Assembly (NCBI GenBank): GCA_964419675.1
Contig: CAYQPN010000003.1
Coordinates: 75,985 to 139,984 of the forward strand
Length of the DNA stretch: 64,000 nucleotides
Direction: 5' to 3'
Source: an uncultured Candidatus Saccharibacteria bacterium
Lineage (GTDB): Bacteria > Patescibacteriota > Saccharimonadia > Saccharimonadales > SZUA-47
The position numbers and the translations under genes were made by a program. The stretch's first letter is position 1, and each line of letters begins with the position of its first letter. The notes under the pieces were generated by a model. The model saw only the letters and a program-made list of their open reading frames with translations. It ran no database searches and was not told the origin of the DNA. Of the stretch, positions 63,896 to 64,000 are shown in pieces.

Positions 63896-64000
63896 TTACG
63901 CTTTTTTTATGAGAGTTTTGATGAAACCCATGAACATTGGGTGAGGCCTATTTGGCCTAGAAGCTAGTTCAGGATGAAATTGTGATGCGAGAAAATACGG
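63896..64000 (-). CDS. pyrG: CTP synthase, C-terminal 34 codons (partial, runs off the window)
   Basis: The reverse-strand translation [34 protein letters not shown] matches the conserved end of the PyrG glutamine amidotransferase domain. Not in the ORF track because it has no start codon in the window. Confidence 0.8.
   Translation of the reverse strand, partial: PYFLASQFHPELASRPNRPHPMFMGFIKTLIKKA

Noticed and set aside
1-64000. CRISPR arrays, IS elements/transposases, integrases, prophage genes, rRNA operons
   Set aside because: I saw no regularly spaced identical repeats, no DDE, tyrosine- or serine-recombinase motifs, and no rRNA-like sequence on either strand.
1-64000. Alternative genetic code (UGA reassignment, as in some CPR lineages)
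   Set aside because: Housekeeping genes such as topA, gltX, glyQS, der and ftsI read through at full length under the standard code without in-frame TGA interruptions.

Overview
The window looks like a compact, roughly 90% coding bacterial chromosome segment read with the standard code. Long ORFs are intact, so there is no sign of UGA recoding. Gene content suggests a Patescibacteria/CPR genome, possibly Saccharibacteria-like. That is inferred from a reduced dcw cluster, many small orphan proteins, receiver-only response regulators and a zinc-finger-less TopA; it is not demonstrated.

Recognisable genes:
- Translation and RNA: gltX, glyQS, pth, def, rpmA, der, rsmH, a YbaK-type deacylase, a pseudouridine synthase, and one tRNA-Glu(CUC).
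- DNA metabolism: topA, dprA, recO, xseAB, rnhA.
- Cell division: a minus-strand cluster mraZ-rsmH-ftsL-ftsI-mraY-ftsW-murG-ftsQ.
- Signalling: three histidine-kinase(-like) genes and five receiver-only response regulators.
- Other: a Crp/Fnr regulator next to an Hsp20 cluster, a GH1 beta-glucosidase, and a partial pyrG at the right edge.

I found no transposase, integrase, CRISPR array or rRNA.

Most interesting signals:
1. A ~600-nt ORF-free, heavily base-paired region at 27.2-27.8 kb. It shares a covarying hairpin module with a tRNA-Glu-derived, tRNA-like element at 14.15 kb.
2. A co-transcribed kinase/receiver pair in which both phospho-acceptor residues are replaced by Glu.
3. A switch in gene orientation at 33.0-33.7 kb with a dif-like palindrome, suggesting the replication terminus.
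4. An unusual 550-bp non-coding spacer with duplicated GC-rich motifs between mraZ and rsmH.
5. CRP-like operators framing a Crp/Fnr, eRF1-like and Hsp20 stress cluster.

All functional calls come from motif reading by eye. No database search was run.
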